Of a stretch of DNA of 64,000 nt, positions 38,492 to 47,762 are shown piece after piece. Under the pieces are notes generated by a model. It searched no databases. It was not told where the DNA came from and worked only from the letters and a program-made list of their open reading frames with translations. A program made the position numbers and the translations under genes. Location of the stretch: NCBI GenBank assembly GCA_964562505.1, contig CAZLTB010000001.1:2024-66023 (forward strand), read 5' to 3'. Source of the DNA: an uncultured Candidatus Saccharibacteria bacterium. Lineage in GTDB: Bacteria; Patescibacteriota; Saccharimonadia; Saccharimonadales; CAZLTB01. Position 1 is the first letter of the stretch. The number at the start of each line of letters is the position of its first letter.

Positions 38492-40102
38492 ATGTCAATA
38501 AGCGAAAAATTTGAAACACGGACACCTAAGTCTGCTGAGGTAGTTGAGCATCAACTCCGCCAGGCCAGTGAGCTTATACCTCTCGAAAGTCAATTACCAA
38601 CTGATGATCCACTGCAAACTGCTCTAAGAACCAGTGGCGTAGAGGGTTATGCTGTAGCCGACATAAATGCTGGCAAGCAAAGGTTTGCAATAATAAATGT
38701 TTGCAAAGCTAGAAATTCATACTCGTCTGAGTGGTATGAACCATTCACGGATTCTCAGGTTGTAAAACCTAATACTCCTCACAGATTTCAGCTTGCTGAG
38801 GAATCTCCTTTCTTATTAGTTCATTTCGATAAGTCAGGTCACATAGTCGGACGTGCGCTTAGACCTAATGAACCAGTTTTGGTTGGCAGGGAAGCCGATG
38901 AAATAGATCCTAAAAGTGCGCGCTTTGGGTATAAAGACGATACTCATTTATCGAGAAAGCACTTTAAAATCACTATCGACCCAAATGAAGGAATCAAAGT
39001 TATAGATAATAACTCAACAAACGGTACCAAAGTGCGGTATACAGGCAAAGGTGCACTAAAATACGAAACTACTCCAAACTATCCAGCAATCGAAAAACCG
39101 GTCGAAAAGGAAGATAGAGTTCTAAACGCACCTCTGACCAGTGAAGTTTTACTTATACCCGAGCTATTTCCTAAACAAGAATTCAAGATTGGAGACCGCG
39201 CTTTCCATATGAGCGATATTATAAGGGGTACTCGTGATCGTGACTACGCAGTACTTTATACCACTGTTGATCTGAATGGGCAAAAATTGGCAGTGCCAAG
39301 GCTGCTTTATAAGTCAAACTCGGACGGGGGATGGCGCGTGGCATATGGGGTCGAGTCCAGCGGAAGACTCATCAAAGAGTCTCATCCCCATAAGTTTGCG
39401 CACTATACACAGGAAACCAAGTTACATTCCATTATTTTAGATAAGCTAGAAGGCGCCGATAAAGTTGAAGATAAATCGGGAGTATCCACAGAGAAGCTGC
39501 TAAAAGCTTTTTCCAATATTAGTGAGAGTCGTAATGAGGTAAATACTGCTCCAGAAGAAATTTCTTATTACACTGGCAGTGAAATTGACAAACTAATGAT
39601 GCCAATTCGGAAATTTTCCGCTGGCCAGTTTAAAGAACAGGACCTTCATAGAATTCAAAAAATGGGTTTTAGTAATTTTAGCGAATACATTGATTACTTA
39701 GACGAAGTATTTGAGTCCATGCCAGGTTTTGTGCCTGACTTTTCTGGACTTCCAGAAAAGATTGTGAGCAGGGAACATACATTATTAGGTGAAGTAACCA
39801 TAGAGGATTACCACGCCGTTTTTGATAACAAGCCAATAATTTGGTCCATGGCGCGGGATAAGAATGGCAGGGTATGGGTCGAAAATGTTCGTTTTGCTAA
39901 TGCTAAGGTCACATCCTATGGAACTTTTTCGCCAGTTTTAGATGCAGGAATTATTACTAACAAGCCTATTGAATATACTAGCGGTACAAGCGGATTAAGA
40001 GCAGACAAAGAACAGAAGGATTTTAACGGCAGATATGCTGACATAACTCCTTTATTAAGCAAGCTGTTACCAATAAAACAATACAAGAAGCGCTTTATTT
40101 AA
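38492..40102 (+). CDS. FHA-domain protein with a large C-terminal domain of unknown function
   Basis: FHA signature (GR...S..H...NGT) at about aa 130-190, followed by about 340 further residues with no recognisable motif. Confidence 0.7.
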   Translation: MSISEKFETRTPKSAEVVEHQLRQASELIPLESQLPTDDPLQTALRTSGVEGYAVADINAGKQRFAIINVCKARNSYSSEWYEPFTDSQVVKPNTPHRFQLAEESPFLLVHFDKSGHIVGRALRPNEPVLVGREADEIDPKSARFGYKDDTHLSRKHFKITIDPNEGIKVIDNNSTNGTKVRYTGKGALKYETTPNYPAIEKPVEKEDRVLNAPLTSEVLLIPELFPKQEFKIGDRAFHMSDIIRGTRDRDYAVLYTTVDLNGQKLAVPRLLYKSNSDGGWRVAYGVESSGRLIKESHPHKFAHYTQETKLHSIILDKLEGADKVEDKSGVSTEKLLKAFSNISESRNEVNTAPEEISYYTGSEIDKLMMPIRKFSAGQFKEQDLHRIQKMGFSNFSEYIDYLDEVFESMPGFVPDFSGLPEKIVSREHTLLGEVTIEDYHAVFDNKPIIWSMARDKNGRVWVENVRFANAKVTSYGTFSPVLDAGIITNKPIEYTSGTSGLRADKEQKDFNGRYADITPLLSKLLPIKQYKKRFI

Positions 40103-40115
40103 TAAATAATTTGGG

Positions 40116-40388
40116 TTATTCGACAATAACTTCGGTCCGAGAAACAGTTTTGCCACTGAAGAGGCGGACTTTGCGCTGTTTGTAGTTTACTATCCCATCT
40201 TTAGAAGCATGAATTGTGAAGTTTCTACTCTCAAATGTACCTTTGCCGGCACGTTTGCTTGAACCGTTTTGACGAACGATAAGCTGGCCAGTTTTAACTT
40301 TCTGGCCACCAAATAACTTAACACCAAGGCGTTGACCTGGGCTGTCATGGTTATTCTTGCTTGTTCCACCAGCTTTAACGTGTGACAT
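40116..40388 (-). CDS. rpmA: Ribosomal protein L27
   Basis: N-terminal sequence MSHVKAGGTSKNNHDSPGQRLGVK. Confidence 0.9.
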   Translation of the reverse strand: MSHVKAGGTSKNNHDSPGQRLGVKLFGGQKVKTGQLIVRQNGSSKRAGKGTFESRNFTIHASKDGIVNYKQRKVRLFSGKTVSRTEVIVE

Positions 40389-40389
40389 G

Positions 40390-41577
40390 CTATTTCCTAA
40401 TTAATGTTACAAGTTCACGGCCCACAATTTGATCAGGTCGATGGTAGATTAATTGATCATCAGACGCATGAACAAAGCTTTGCCGAGTATACCCTAACCG
40501 ATTGAGATGGTCAAGGGAGGGCAGGTGACGAAAGCCACTACTTGTCTTCCAAGCTGGAACAGCAACACACATACGAAATCCTGGTCTGGTTTGGTGTGTG
40601 ATGTTCTGTAGAAATTTTTTATGAATAGTATCCACATCTCTAACCACTTCATTCAAAACTTCAGGTTTTGGCTGACTTGAGAAAGGGCGACCCAGGTAAG
40701 TTTCTGACGAAATGCAACTAACGCCTTTTGGCCATTTGTATGCTGTCGCGTCACCTTGGTTAATGCTTAATAGGCCGCTGAGCTCAGGCTTGTTCTGGCG
40801 CAGCCAATTTATATTTTCTTCTGCATAATCAACCATACGCTGGTCCAGATCGGTGCCAACGGCGTTATAGCCCATTAGTAGTGCTTCTTGCAAAATTACC
40901 CCCGTGCCACAAAAAGGATCAAGTACAGTAATAGTGGCTGGCTGGTCTACTGGCAGCCCAGTAGAGATATTGATAATAATCTGCGCTAATTTGGGGGGCA
41001 GCATTCCGACCCTGGCATCACGCTTAGGTCGCTTCTGATCACGTGCTGCATATGCTTCAATATTCTGGACTTTTACAGCTTGTGCCAGCAGGTCTCTATC
41101 CCCAAGGCCAATGATTACTAACTCTAAACCGGTCTGACCAGTAAGCTGATTGTGAATCGTCTGAGCTGTTGACAGAGCAGGTTCATTATTGGGTACAACG
41201 CGAACAGATCTACCAAAATCCTTGATAACATTTTTAATCGCTAACCCGGTTTTATTGATCTCAGCGACCGGGATCTTCATATCATAAACACTGAGGCCCA
41301 AGCGTATTTTACCTTCAGGTATATAAGGGAGATGCTGAGGGAGCACATTAATGATATGTTTTTTTATAGGTTCCCAACGGTTAGAGGGCACTTCTGTCAG
41401 GAGCTTACACACCTTTAATGTCCCACCTAGTCTCTCAAGAGGAATATCTTCCGGTGATTTGTCGACAAGTGCAGCCGTTGAACCCGCTGGTACAACAGCG
41501 AGCGGCCCAAACATACTTTCAAGCTCAGCTAAGCCAAGAGCTGGTTGTCTTCCCAATATGCATACAGACTGTGCCAT
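40390..41577 (-). CDS. Putative class I SAM-dependent methyltransferase (RNA/DNA N-methylase-like) with an N-terminal THUMP-like region
   Basis: SAM-binding motif VLDPFCGTG; no clean DPPY motif could be identified. Confidence 0.5.
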   Translation of the reverse strand: MAQSVCILGRQPALGLAELESMFGPLAVVPAGSTAALVDKSPEDIPLERLGGTLKVCKLLTEVPSNRWEPIKKHIINVLPQHLPYIPEGKIRLGLSVYDMKIPVAEINKTGLAIKNVIKDFGRSVRVVPNNEPALSTAQTIHNQLTGQTGLELVIIGLGDRDLLAQAVKVQNIEAYAARDQKRPKRDARVGMLPPKLAQIIINISTGLPVDQPATITVLDPFCGTGVILQEALLMGYNAVGTDLDQRMVDYAEENINWLRQNKPELSGLLSINQGDATAYKWPKGVSCISSETYLGRPFSSQPKPEVLNEVVRDVDTIHKKFLQNITHQTRPGFRMCVAVPAWKTSSGFRHLPSLDHLNRLGYTRQSFVHASDDQLIYHRPDQIVGRELVTLIRK

Positions 41578-41608
41578 TATTATCAGTATAAGATATAATG
41601 ACGTTCAT

Positions 41609-42685
41609 ATGAGCGAAAAACACAGAGCACGCCGTATAAAAATGGTGCTTACTTTGTTTACTTTAGGCGCTTTGGTTTTTTTGACATATGCAGTAAGACA
41701 ACAAATATTAGATACCATAAGCAACTTTGGCAAGGTAAATCCTTACGCTGTTTTGTTAATTATCCCGTTTGAGGCGCTTAACTATCATGCACAGGCGAAA
41801 ATATACCAGGGATTTTTTCAAATCTTAGGTAACTGGTTGCGATATGGACTGATGTACCGAATAGCACTTGAAATGAATTTCGTAAATAATATTTTTCCGA
41901 GCGGTGGAGTCTCGGGATTTTCATATCTGAGTGTTCGTATGAGGCAATACGATGTGCCGGCTGCGCGATCCACTATCGTGCAAATGATGAAATTCATCCT
42001 GGTATTTATAGCTTTTCAAATATATCTTTTTGTTGGACTTTTGTTGCTGGCCCTTGGCGGTAAGGCCAGTAATTTGTTAATACTGATTGCCAGCTCATTA
42101 ACTACCTTGCTTTTGATCGCTACACTAGGCATTGCTTTTGTGATTGGCAGCAAGAGCCGAATAGACGCGTTCTTTACCTTTATAACTAGATTCCTAAACC
42201 GCGTAATACAAATCTTTAGGCGTAATCAGCCTGAGACCATTAATATCTCTAGGGCCCGCGAAGTATTCAATGATTTACATGAAAATTATATGCTGATTCG
42301 GCATAATTGGAGAGCTCTCAAAAGACCGTTTCTTTACGCTATGTTAGCTAATTTGACAGAGGTGGCAGCTATTTACTCGGTATATGTAGCGTTTGGCCAC
42401 TGGGTTAATCCAGGGGCGGTAATAATTGCTTATGCAGTCGCCAACTTTGCTGGACTCGTGTCAGTACTGCCAGGCGGAGTAGGTATATATGAGGGCCTCA
42501 TGACAGCCGTTATGGCAGCTGGGGGTGTTTCAGCCGCAGTTAGCATCCCGGCTACAATTATGTACCGAGTTGTGAGCATGCTTATACAATTGCCTCCAGG
42601 CTACTTCTTCTACCAAAATGCTCTGCACTCTGTCGGTGGTGAGAAAGTTATAGAAGAAAAAATTGAAGAAGACAGTATCCTCTAA
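41609..42685 (+). CDS. Flippase-like / lysylphosphatidylglycerol-synthase-TM-domain family membrane protein
   Basis: About 8 TM helices; the start is taken at MSEKHRARR (41609). The upstream track ORF extension would overlap the divergently transcribed gene. Confidence 0.55.
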   Translation: MSEKHRARRIKMVLTLFTLGALVFLTYAVRQQILDTISNFGKVNPYAVLLIIPFEALNYHAQAKIYQGFFQILGNWLRYGLMYRIALEMNFVNNIFPSGGVSGFSYLSVRMRQYDVPAARSTIVQMMKFILVFIAFQIYLFVGLLLLALGGKASNLLILIASSLTTLLLIATLGIAFVIGSKSRIDAFFTFITRFLNRVIQIFRRNQPETINISRAREVFNDLHENYMLIRHNWRALKRPFLYAMLANLTEVAAIYSVYVAFGHWVNPGAVIIAYAVANFAGLVSVLPGGVGIYEGLMTAVMAAGGVSAAVSIPATIMYRVVSMLIQLPPGYFFYQNALHSVGGEKVIEEKIEEDSIL

Positions 42686-42766
42686 AGATAATATTGGATA
42701 AGAGCCAGGCGCTGGCGAGAAGCGGAATGAGGCGTACAATTAGTACAATGAGAGAGTCTTGAGCTA

Positions 42767-43930
42767 GTGACAAAGCGATATGCCAAGAGCAACATCAGTG
42801 AAGCCAGCTCGGCTGGTTGGAAGACTGGCGAGTCGTTAGTTTTAGGGGTATCAGATTTTGTAGCCGTTTTTAATCAAACCTTAGAGTACGCCTACCCCCG
42901 AGTGTCTATTGTCGGCGAGCTGTCTAATCTCCGGGTTAGTAAGAATCGTTGGGTCTATTTTGATCTCAAAGACGAATACTCTTCCGTGAAGTTTTTTGGG
43001 ACTGTCTATAATTTGCCTGGTCCTCTCGAGGATGGGCTGATGCTCCAGGTAACCGGGCAACCCAGACTGCATCCACAATACGGCTTTAGCATAAATGTGG
43101 AATCAATCCAGTTGGTAGGAGAGGGCTCAATCAAGCGTGCGGCTACATTACTTGAGGCAAAACTTGTGCGTGAGGGGTTGTTTGACGATTCTCGTAAACG
43201 TTCCTTGCCATATCCACCTGCGCGCATAGGCTTAATAACATCGGGTGAGTCTGCAGGATACAAAGATTTTATTAAAATCTTGAATGAGCGTTGGGGAGGG
43301 ATAGATATTCAGCTGGCTGATGTCCAGGTGCAAGGCGAGGCGGCACCGGCTCAAGTTATTGCAGCAATCGACTTATTTAACTCTCGGCCCAAACCAGTTG
43401 AAACGATAGTAATTATAAGAGGTGGTGGTAGTCCGGAAGATCTAGCTGCTTTTAGTACAGAACAGGTGACTCGAGCGGTAGCTAACAGTCGTATACCCAC
43501 CTTAGTTGCTATAGGACACGAGATTGACATTAGTTTAGCCGAACTGGCTGCCGATAAAAGGGCCAGTACGCCAAGTAATGCCGCGGAACTACTAGTACCG
43601 GACCGATTGCACGTAAAAGAACAGCTAGTATCGCAGAAACAGACTTTAGCCGTGGCATTATCTCAGGTTCTTGTTAATGCGCGTCGCCGCGTTGAAACAT
43701 CAATTCTTGAGCTACATAGTCTTTGGGATCAAATCTGGCTGTCGGCAATGAGGATGTTTGATCTACAAACGCAACTACTTACGGCTCTTAGTCCAGAAGC
43801 CGCGTTGAAGCGTGGTTACGCGATTGTACGGCATAACGGGCGCGTTTTGCGATCGTCCAGGCTGGCCAGATCAGGCGACCAGATTCAAATTAGTTTAAGT
43901 GATGGCAAAATTGATGCCGAGGTAAAATAA
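42767..43930 (+). CDS. xseA: Exodeoxyribonuclease VII large subunit
   Basis: OB fold plus catalytic core; 387 aa. Confidence 0.82.
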   Translation: MTKRYAKSNISEASSAGWKTGESLVLGVSDFVAVFNQTLEYAYPRVSIVGELSNLRVSKNRWVYFDLKDEYSSVKFFGTVYNLPGPLEDGLMLQVTGQPRLHPQYGFSINVESIQLVGEGSIKRAATLLEAKLVREGLFDDSRKRSLPYPPARIGLITSGESAGYKDFIKILNERWGGIDIQLADVQVQGEAAPAQVIAAIDLFNSRPKPVETIVIIRGGGSPEDLAAFSTEQVTRAVANSRIPTLVAIGHEIDISLAELAADKRASTPSNAAELLVPDRLHVKEQLVSQKQTLAVALSQVLVNARRRVETSILELHSLWDQIWLSAMRMFDLQTQLLTALSPEAALKRGYAIVRHNGRVLRSSRLARSGDQIQISLSDGKIDAEVK

Positions 43931-43935
43931 GATAT

Positions 43936-44148
43936 ATGGCAAATACTAAGTCTAATTACGCCGGTCTAAGTCAAGAACTCAATGAAATTTTGACTAAGTT
44001 ACAGTCTTCAGATCTAGATATTGACGAAGCAATAAAGCTATATGAGCGAGGGCTCAACATAGCTAATCAGCTGGAAAAGTACCTAAAAACTGCCGAAAAT
44101 AAGATTACAAAATTAAAATCTGACTGGGGCAAAGAGTCAAAAACTTAG
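43936..44148 (+). CDS. xseB: Exodeoxyribonuclease VII small subunit
   Basis: 70-aa helical protein immediately after xseA. Confidence 0.8.
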   Translation: MANTKSNYAGLSQELNEILTKLQSSDLDIDEAIKLYERGLNIANQLEKYLKTAENKITKLKSDWGKESKT

Positions 44149-44152
44149 AACC

Positions 44153-44638
44153 ATGAGCTTACTTATTGCTTGCATAGGTTTATTAATATTTTTGTTTGGG
44201 TTTGTAGTAGCTTTTGGAGCGCCTTATCTGCCAACGTTAAGTCGCCAAACTGAGACAGCTCTTGATATGTTAGATCTTAGACCTGGGCAAACCCTACTGG
44301 AGCTAGGCTCCGGAGATGGAAGAGTGCTTAAAGCTGCCGCCAAGCGCGGATTAAGAGTTATAGGCTATGAACTTAATCCAATTTTAGTGGCTGTGTCCCG
44401 AATTGCGACATGGCGATATCGACAGAAGGTTCAAATTATATGGGGTGATTACTGGCGAAGTGATTGGCCACAGGCAGACGGGATATTTGTTTTTTTATTA
44501 GATAGGTATATGACAAAATTGGATAAAAAAATTACTCGCTCATATAAAAGGCCGATTAGATTAGTTAGTTTTGCATTCAAGATACCGGGCAAGAAAGAGA
44601 CTGCTTCTAATAACGGACTGTTTTTATATAAGTACTGA
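44153..44638 (+). CDS. Small class I SAM-dependent methyltransferase-like protein
   Basis: LLELGSGDGRV motif. Confidence 0.55.
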   Translation: MSLLIACIGLLIFLFGFVVAFGAPYLPTLSRQTETALDMLDLRPGQTLLELGSGDGRVLKAAAKRGLRVIGYELNPILVAVSRIATWRYRQKVQIIWGDYWRSDWPQADGIFVFLLDRYMTKLDKKITRSYKRPIRLVSFAFKIPGKKETASNNGLFLYKY

Positions 44639-44656
44639 TTTGCTATCATAAGCGGT

Positions 44657-44890
44657 ATGCCCCCAAACCAAATGACGCCGTCTTCGCCTTATGGTTATTC
44701 TTCAGTGCCTCCAGGCCAGAAAAAAGGCAACAAGGTCTTACTTATCATATTGCTGATTTTGTTTATCCTGCTGTCATTTGGTGCAAGCGGGTTTGGTTAC
44801 TGGGCTTTTATGGGTCGTCAGGACTATAAGGATAATGTCGATCGAAAGATCCAGCAGGCAGTTGCTGTAGCTCTGAAGAACAGACAGTAA
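44657..44890 (+). CDS. Small bitopic membrane protein with a Pro-rich N-terminus, possibly the 5' part of a split gene
   Basis: One TM helix; the ORF ends at a TAA stop embedded in an A6 run. Confidence 0.5.
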   Translation: MPPNQMTPSSPYGYSSVPPGQKKGNKVLLIILLILFILLSFGASGFGYWAFMGRQDYKDNVDRKIQQAVAVALKNRQ

Positions 44891-44999
44891 AAAAGATGCA
44901 GAATTCGCAGAAAAAGAAAAAAGCCCATTCAAGGAGTATAAGTCTCCGTCCACTTTTGCCAGTATAGATATAACTTACCCGAAAACCTGGGCAGCTTTT

Positions 45000-45365
45000 G
45001 TGACTGAAACTGAAAGGTCTAGTATTCCGGTCGAAGGTTATTTTCATCCCTCCTTTGTCCCTGGGGTACAGTCCGGCACAGATTTTGCATTACGAGTTCA
45101 GGTAACTAACCAGCCGTATGATCAAGAGCTAAAGCAATTTGAGTCAAAGACTAAATCCGGCAAAGTAAAAGTGTCTCCTTATAAAGCACCAAAAGTTCCA
45201 AATGTTCTCGGGTCCAGGGTGGATGGAGAAATAAATAATGGTCAAAAAGACAGCATGGTACTTTTTCCGGTGAGAGACAAAACTCTAAAAATATCTACCG
45301 AATCGGATCAATTTCTATCAGATTTCAATAGCATTATTTTAGCTAATCTGACTTTTGTGCCGTAG
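45000..45365 (+). CDS. Hypothetical protein whose frame is open from 44877; probably the 3' part of a frameshifted gene
   Basis: No ATG or RBS is present. The frame overlaps the end of the previous ORF at an A-rich slippery tract. Confidence 0.4.
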   Translation: MTETERSSIPVEGYFHPSFVPGVQSGTDFALRVQVTNQPYDQELKQFESKTKSGKVKVSPYKAPKVPNVLGSRVDGEINNGQKDSMVLFPVRDKTLKISTESDQFLSDFNSIILANLTFVP

Positions 45366-45422
45366 CTTGACCAATCTTTCGGGTGCTATAATTAGCTTAG
45401 CCAGGAGGATAAAAGTCCAACT

Positions 45423-46118
45423 ATGGACAGGTCAATTACAGATGAAAGACTGTTACGCGCACTAGCAGAGCAGCTCAAGTTGCCGTTGCTACAAATTGCT
45501 CGTCAGGCAGAACAAGCCAACAACTCCTCAGCCGCGCCCTTGGAATCTATAAACGTTATCGCAGATATGTCACTTAGACTTATTGACGGATTTTTATTGA
45601 GTTTTGAGCGCAGTGATCAACATACTCTGATACTAGAGCCTGTCTCTATTTCATCTCTTCTTTATGATACCGCTCAAATTTTGCAGCCTTTAGCTCATTA
45701 TCATGATTGCGAACTGGAAGTTGAACCCGCTGGAAGATATCGTCCAGTTATGGCTCACGAAAAAAGCCTGCAAGCGGCATTTGTATTACTGGGCTATAGC
45801 TTAATGGAGTCTCGTCAAAGGGAATCAAAAAACCAGCGTCTTGTACTAGCGGCTCATCGTAGTGCCCGGGGAGTAGTAACCGGACTATTTGGTGGCCAAC
45901 CTGATCTAACTAGTGATATGCTCCGGCGGGGCCAGGCTTTATATGGAAGGGCGCGCCAAACGCTGCCTGCACTTAGCGCGGGAAGTGGAGCGGGACTTTT
46001 CGTAGCTGATTCACTACTTCATAACATGGCCTCAGGTCTTCATTTGGCAAGACATCATCATATGACGGGTTTAGCCACGACTCTAGTAACCAGCAAGCAA
46101 TTGCAGTTAGTAGAATGA
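45423..46118 (+). CDS. Histidine-kinase-like protein (DHp-like plus degenerate HATPase_c) lacking the phospho-acceptor His
   Basis: The H-box-like sequence LAEQLKLPLLQI carries Glu where His is expected. A G2-box-like GSGAGLFVADSLLHNMASGL is present. There is no sensor or TM region. Confidence 0.5.
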   Translation: MDRSITDERLLRALAEQLKLPLLQIARQAEQANNSSAAPLESINVIADMSLRLIDGFLLSFERSDQHTLILEPVSISSLLYDTAQILQPLAHYHDCELEVEPAGRYRPVMAHEKSLQAAFVLLGYSLMESRQRESKNQRLVLAAHRSARGVVTGLFGGQPDLTSDMLRRGQALYGRARQTLPALSAGSGAGLFVADSLLHNMASGLHLARHHHMTGLATTLVTSKQLQLVE

Positions 46119-46495
46119 TGAATCTTTTACTAGTTGAACCGGACAATATATTAGGCAAAATATATAAGGTGGCGTTGAAGGACATTGGGCATAGAGTTAT
46201 GTGTAGTCATAGTGCCCAGGATGCCATTATTTGTGCAGATAAACGTTTACCGGACTTGATTGTATTGGAGCTGCAGATGCCTGGTCATAGCGGCATTGAG
46301 TTTTTGTACGAACTTCGTTCTTACCCAGACTGGCAAAATGTGCCCGTAATTGTCCATACTCTTATTTCACCCAGAGATATGGAGTCGCATATGCTACGCC
46401 TAAAACAGCTAGGTGTGATTCAGTATCTATACAAGCCAGCTACATCATTGCGCCAACTTCTTCGATCTGTCAGCGAAATTCCTCAGCTAGTATGA
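46115..46495 (+). CDS. Receiver-like domain with a Glu substitution (not Asp) at the phosphorylation site; an atypical or pseudo response regulator
   Basis: LLVEPD replaces LVDDD and DLIVLELQMP replaces the D-pocket motif. The conserved Thr and Lys (YLYKP) are retained. ATGA overlaps occur with both neighbouring genes. Confidence 0.55.
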   Translation: MMNLLLVEPDNILGKIYKVALKDIGHRVMCSHSAQDAIICADKRLPDLIVLELQMPGHSGIEFLYELRSYPDWQNVPVIVHTLISPRDMESHMLRLKQLGVIQYLYKPATSLRQLLRSVSEIPQLV

Positions 46496-47187
46496 AGGCG
46501 CAAATAGTTACCGAAGGCATAGTCCTTAGACGAGTTAACTTCCAAGAAACCAGTCGCATTCTAACAATACTGACCCCAGATCATGGCAAAGTTGCATTGA
46601 TAGCAAAAGGTGTCAGACGGTCAAAATCAAAGTTAGCCGGCGGCATCGAATTGTTTAGTGTTAGTCAAATTACGTTCTTGCCTGGTAAAAAAGATATAGG
46701 CACACTTATTTCCACTCGGCTCAAGAATCATTACGGCCATATAGTCAAAGACATTAATAAAACTATGCTTGGCTACGAGCTTTTAAAACACGTTAATCAA
46801 ATTACTGAAGAAGCCGCTGGTGAAGAATATTTCAGTCTACTTGAGTCTGGGCTCACGGGGCTCAACAATCAGAAGCTCTCCGTTGAATTGGTCGAGCTAT
46901 GGTTCAATATGCATTTACTTAAAGTCAGCGGCCACAGTCCAAATCTTAAAACAGATACATCCGGAAATGCGCTAGCAAGCAACCAAACTTACATTTTCGA
47001 TAATGACAATATGTCGTTCAGTCTTCACGATGGTGGCCAGATTGGTTCCGGTCACATTAAGCTTTTACGGCTGGGAATTGGAACCGCTGAACCGGACGCT
47101 CTACTAAAAGTTCAGGGTGTTGAGAAACATCTTTCTCAAACTCTGGCAGTCTCGAAGTCTATGCTCAGTCGTTACGTCAGGCTATAA
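46492..47187 (+). CDS. recO: DNA repair protein RecO
   Basis: N-terminal OB-fold sequence typical of RecO; 231 aa. Confidence 0.75.
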   Translation: MKAQIVTEGIVLRRVNFQETSRILTILTPDHGKVALIAKGVRRSKSKLAGGIELFSVSQITFLPGKKDIGTLISTRLKNHYGHIVKDINKTMLGYELLKHVNQITEEAAGEEYFSLLESGLTGLNNQKLSVELVELWFNMHLLKVSGHSPNLKTDTSGNALASNQTYIFDNDNMSFSLHDGGQIGSGHIKLLRLGIGTAEPDALLKVQGVEKHLSQTLAVSKSMLSRYVRL

Positions 47188-47197
47188 TCAACTAACT

Positions 47198-47734
47198 ATG
47201 AGCAAAATTGTAGTTTTGGTTGGTTCCGGAACCGAAAAGTCTCGGTCATTGAGACTGGCACAAAATATAGCTAAAAAGCTCGAAACATTTGGGCACGAGG
47301 TTGAAATTATTGATTTGCTTCACCTGAAATTGCCTCAATATAATGTGACTACGGAAGTGAATAAGTCGTATGACCCTAAAACCCAGGAATTCTTAGATAA
47401 ATCGAAAGAGGCTAACGGCTTTGTTTGGGTAACGCCCGTTTACCACAATAGCTTTAGTAGCATTTTGAAAAATGCCTTGGACTGGCAACACTTTTTCTTT
47501 GATAACAAAGTTCTTGGTGTGGCTAGCCACGCCGGGCCAAGCCGAAGTCCCGCAGCTGCTGATCAGCTCTTAATGGTTGCTCGGTCGCAGCACTATATAC
47601 ATATACCCACCAGGGTTTTCACACAAAATTTGGATTATGATGAAAACAAACAGTTGACTAGCCATGAAATTATTGAGCGGATCGAACACTTTGCAGCTGA
47701 GTTTAACGACTTTTTAAAGAAATTTAGTACTTAG
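47198..47734 (+). CDS. NADPH-dependent FMN reductase / flavodoxin-like protein
   Basis: MSKIVVLVGSGTEKSRS N-terminus. Confidence 0.65.
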   Translation: MSKIVVLVGSGTEKSRSLRLAQNIAKKLETFGHEVEIIDLLHLKLPQYNVTTEVNKSYDPKTQEFLDKSKEANGFVWVTPVYHNSFSSILKNALDWQHFFFDNKVLGVASHAGPSRSPAAADQLLMVARSQHYIHIPTRVFTQNLDYDENKQLTSHEIIERIEHFAAEFNDFLKKFST

Positions 47735-47762
47735 CAAGCATAAAGCGATATAATTACCGCTA

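Noticed and set aside
41351-41608. Extension of the flippase-like gene back to 41351, overlapping the minus-strand methyltransferase
   Set aside because: It overlaps a real gene on the opposite strand. MSEKHRARR at 41609, preceded by a TATAAT box, is a plausible start.
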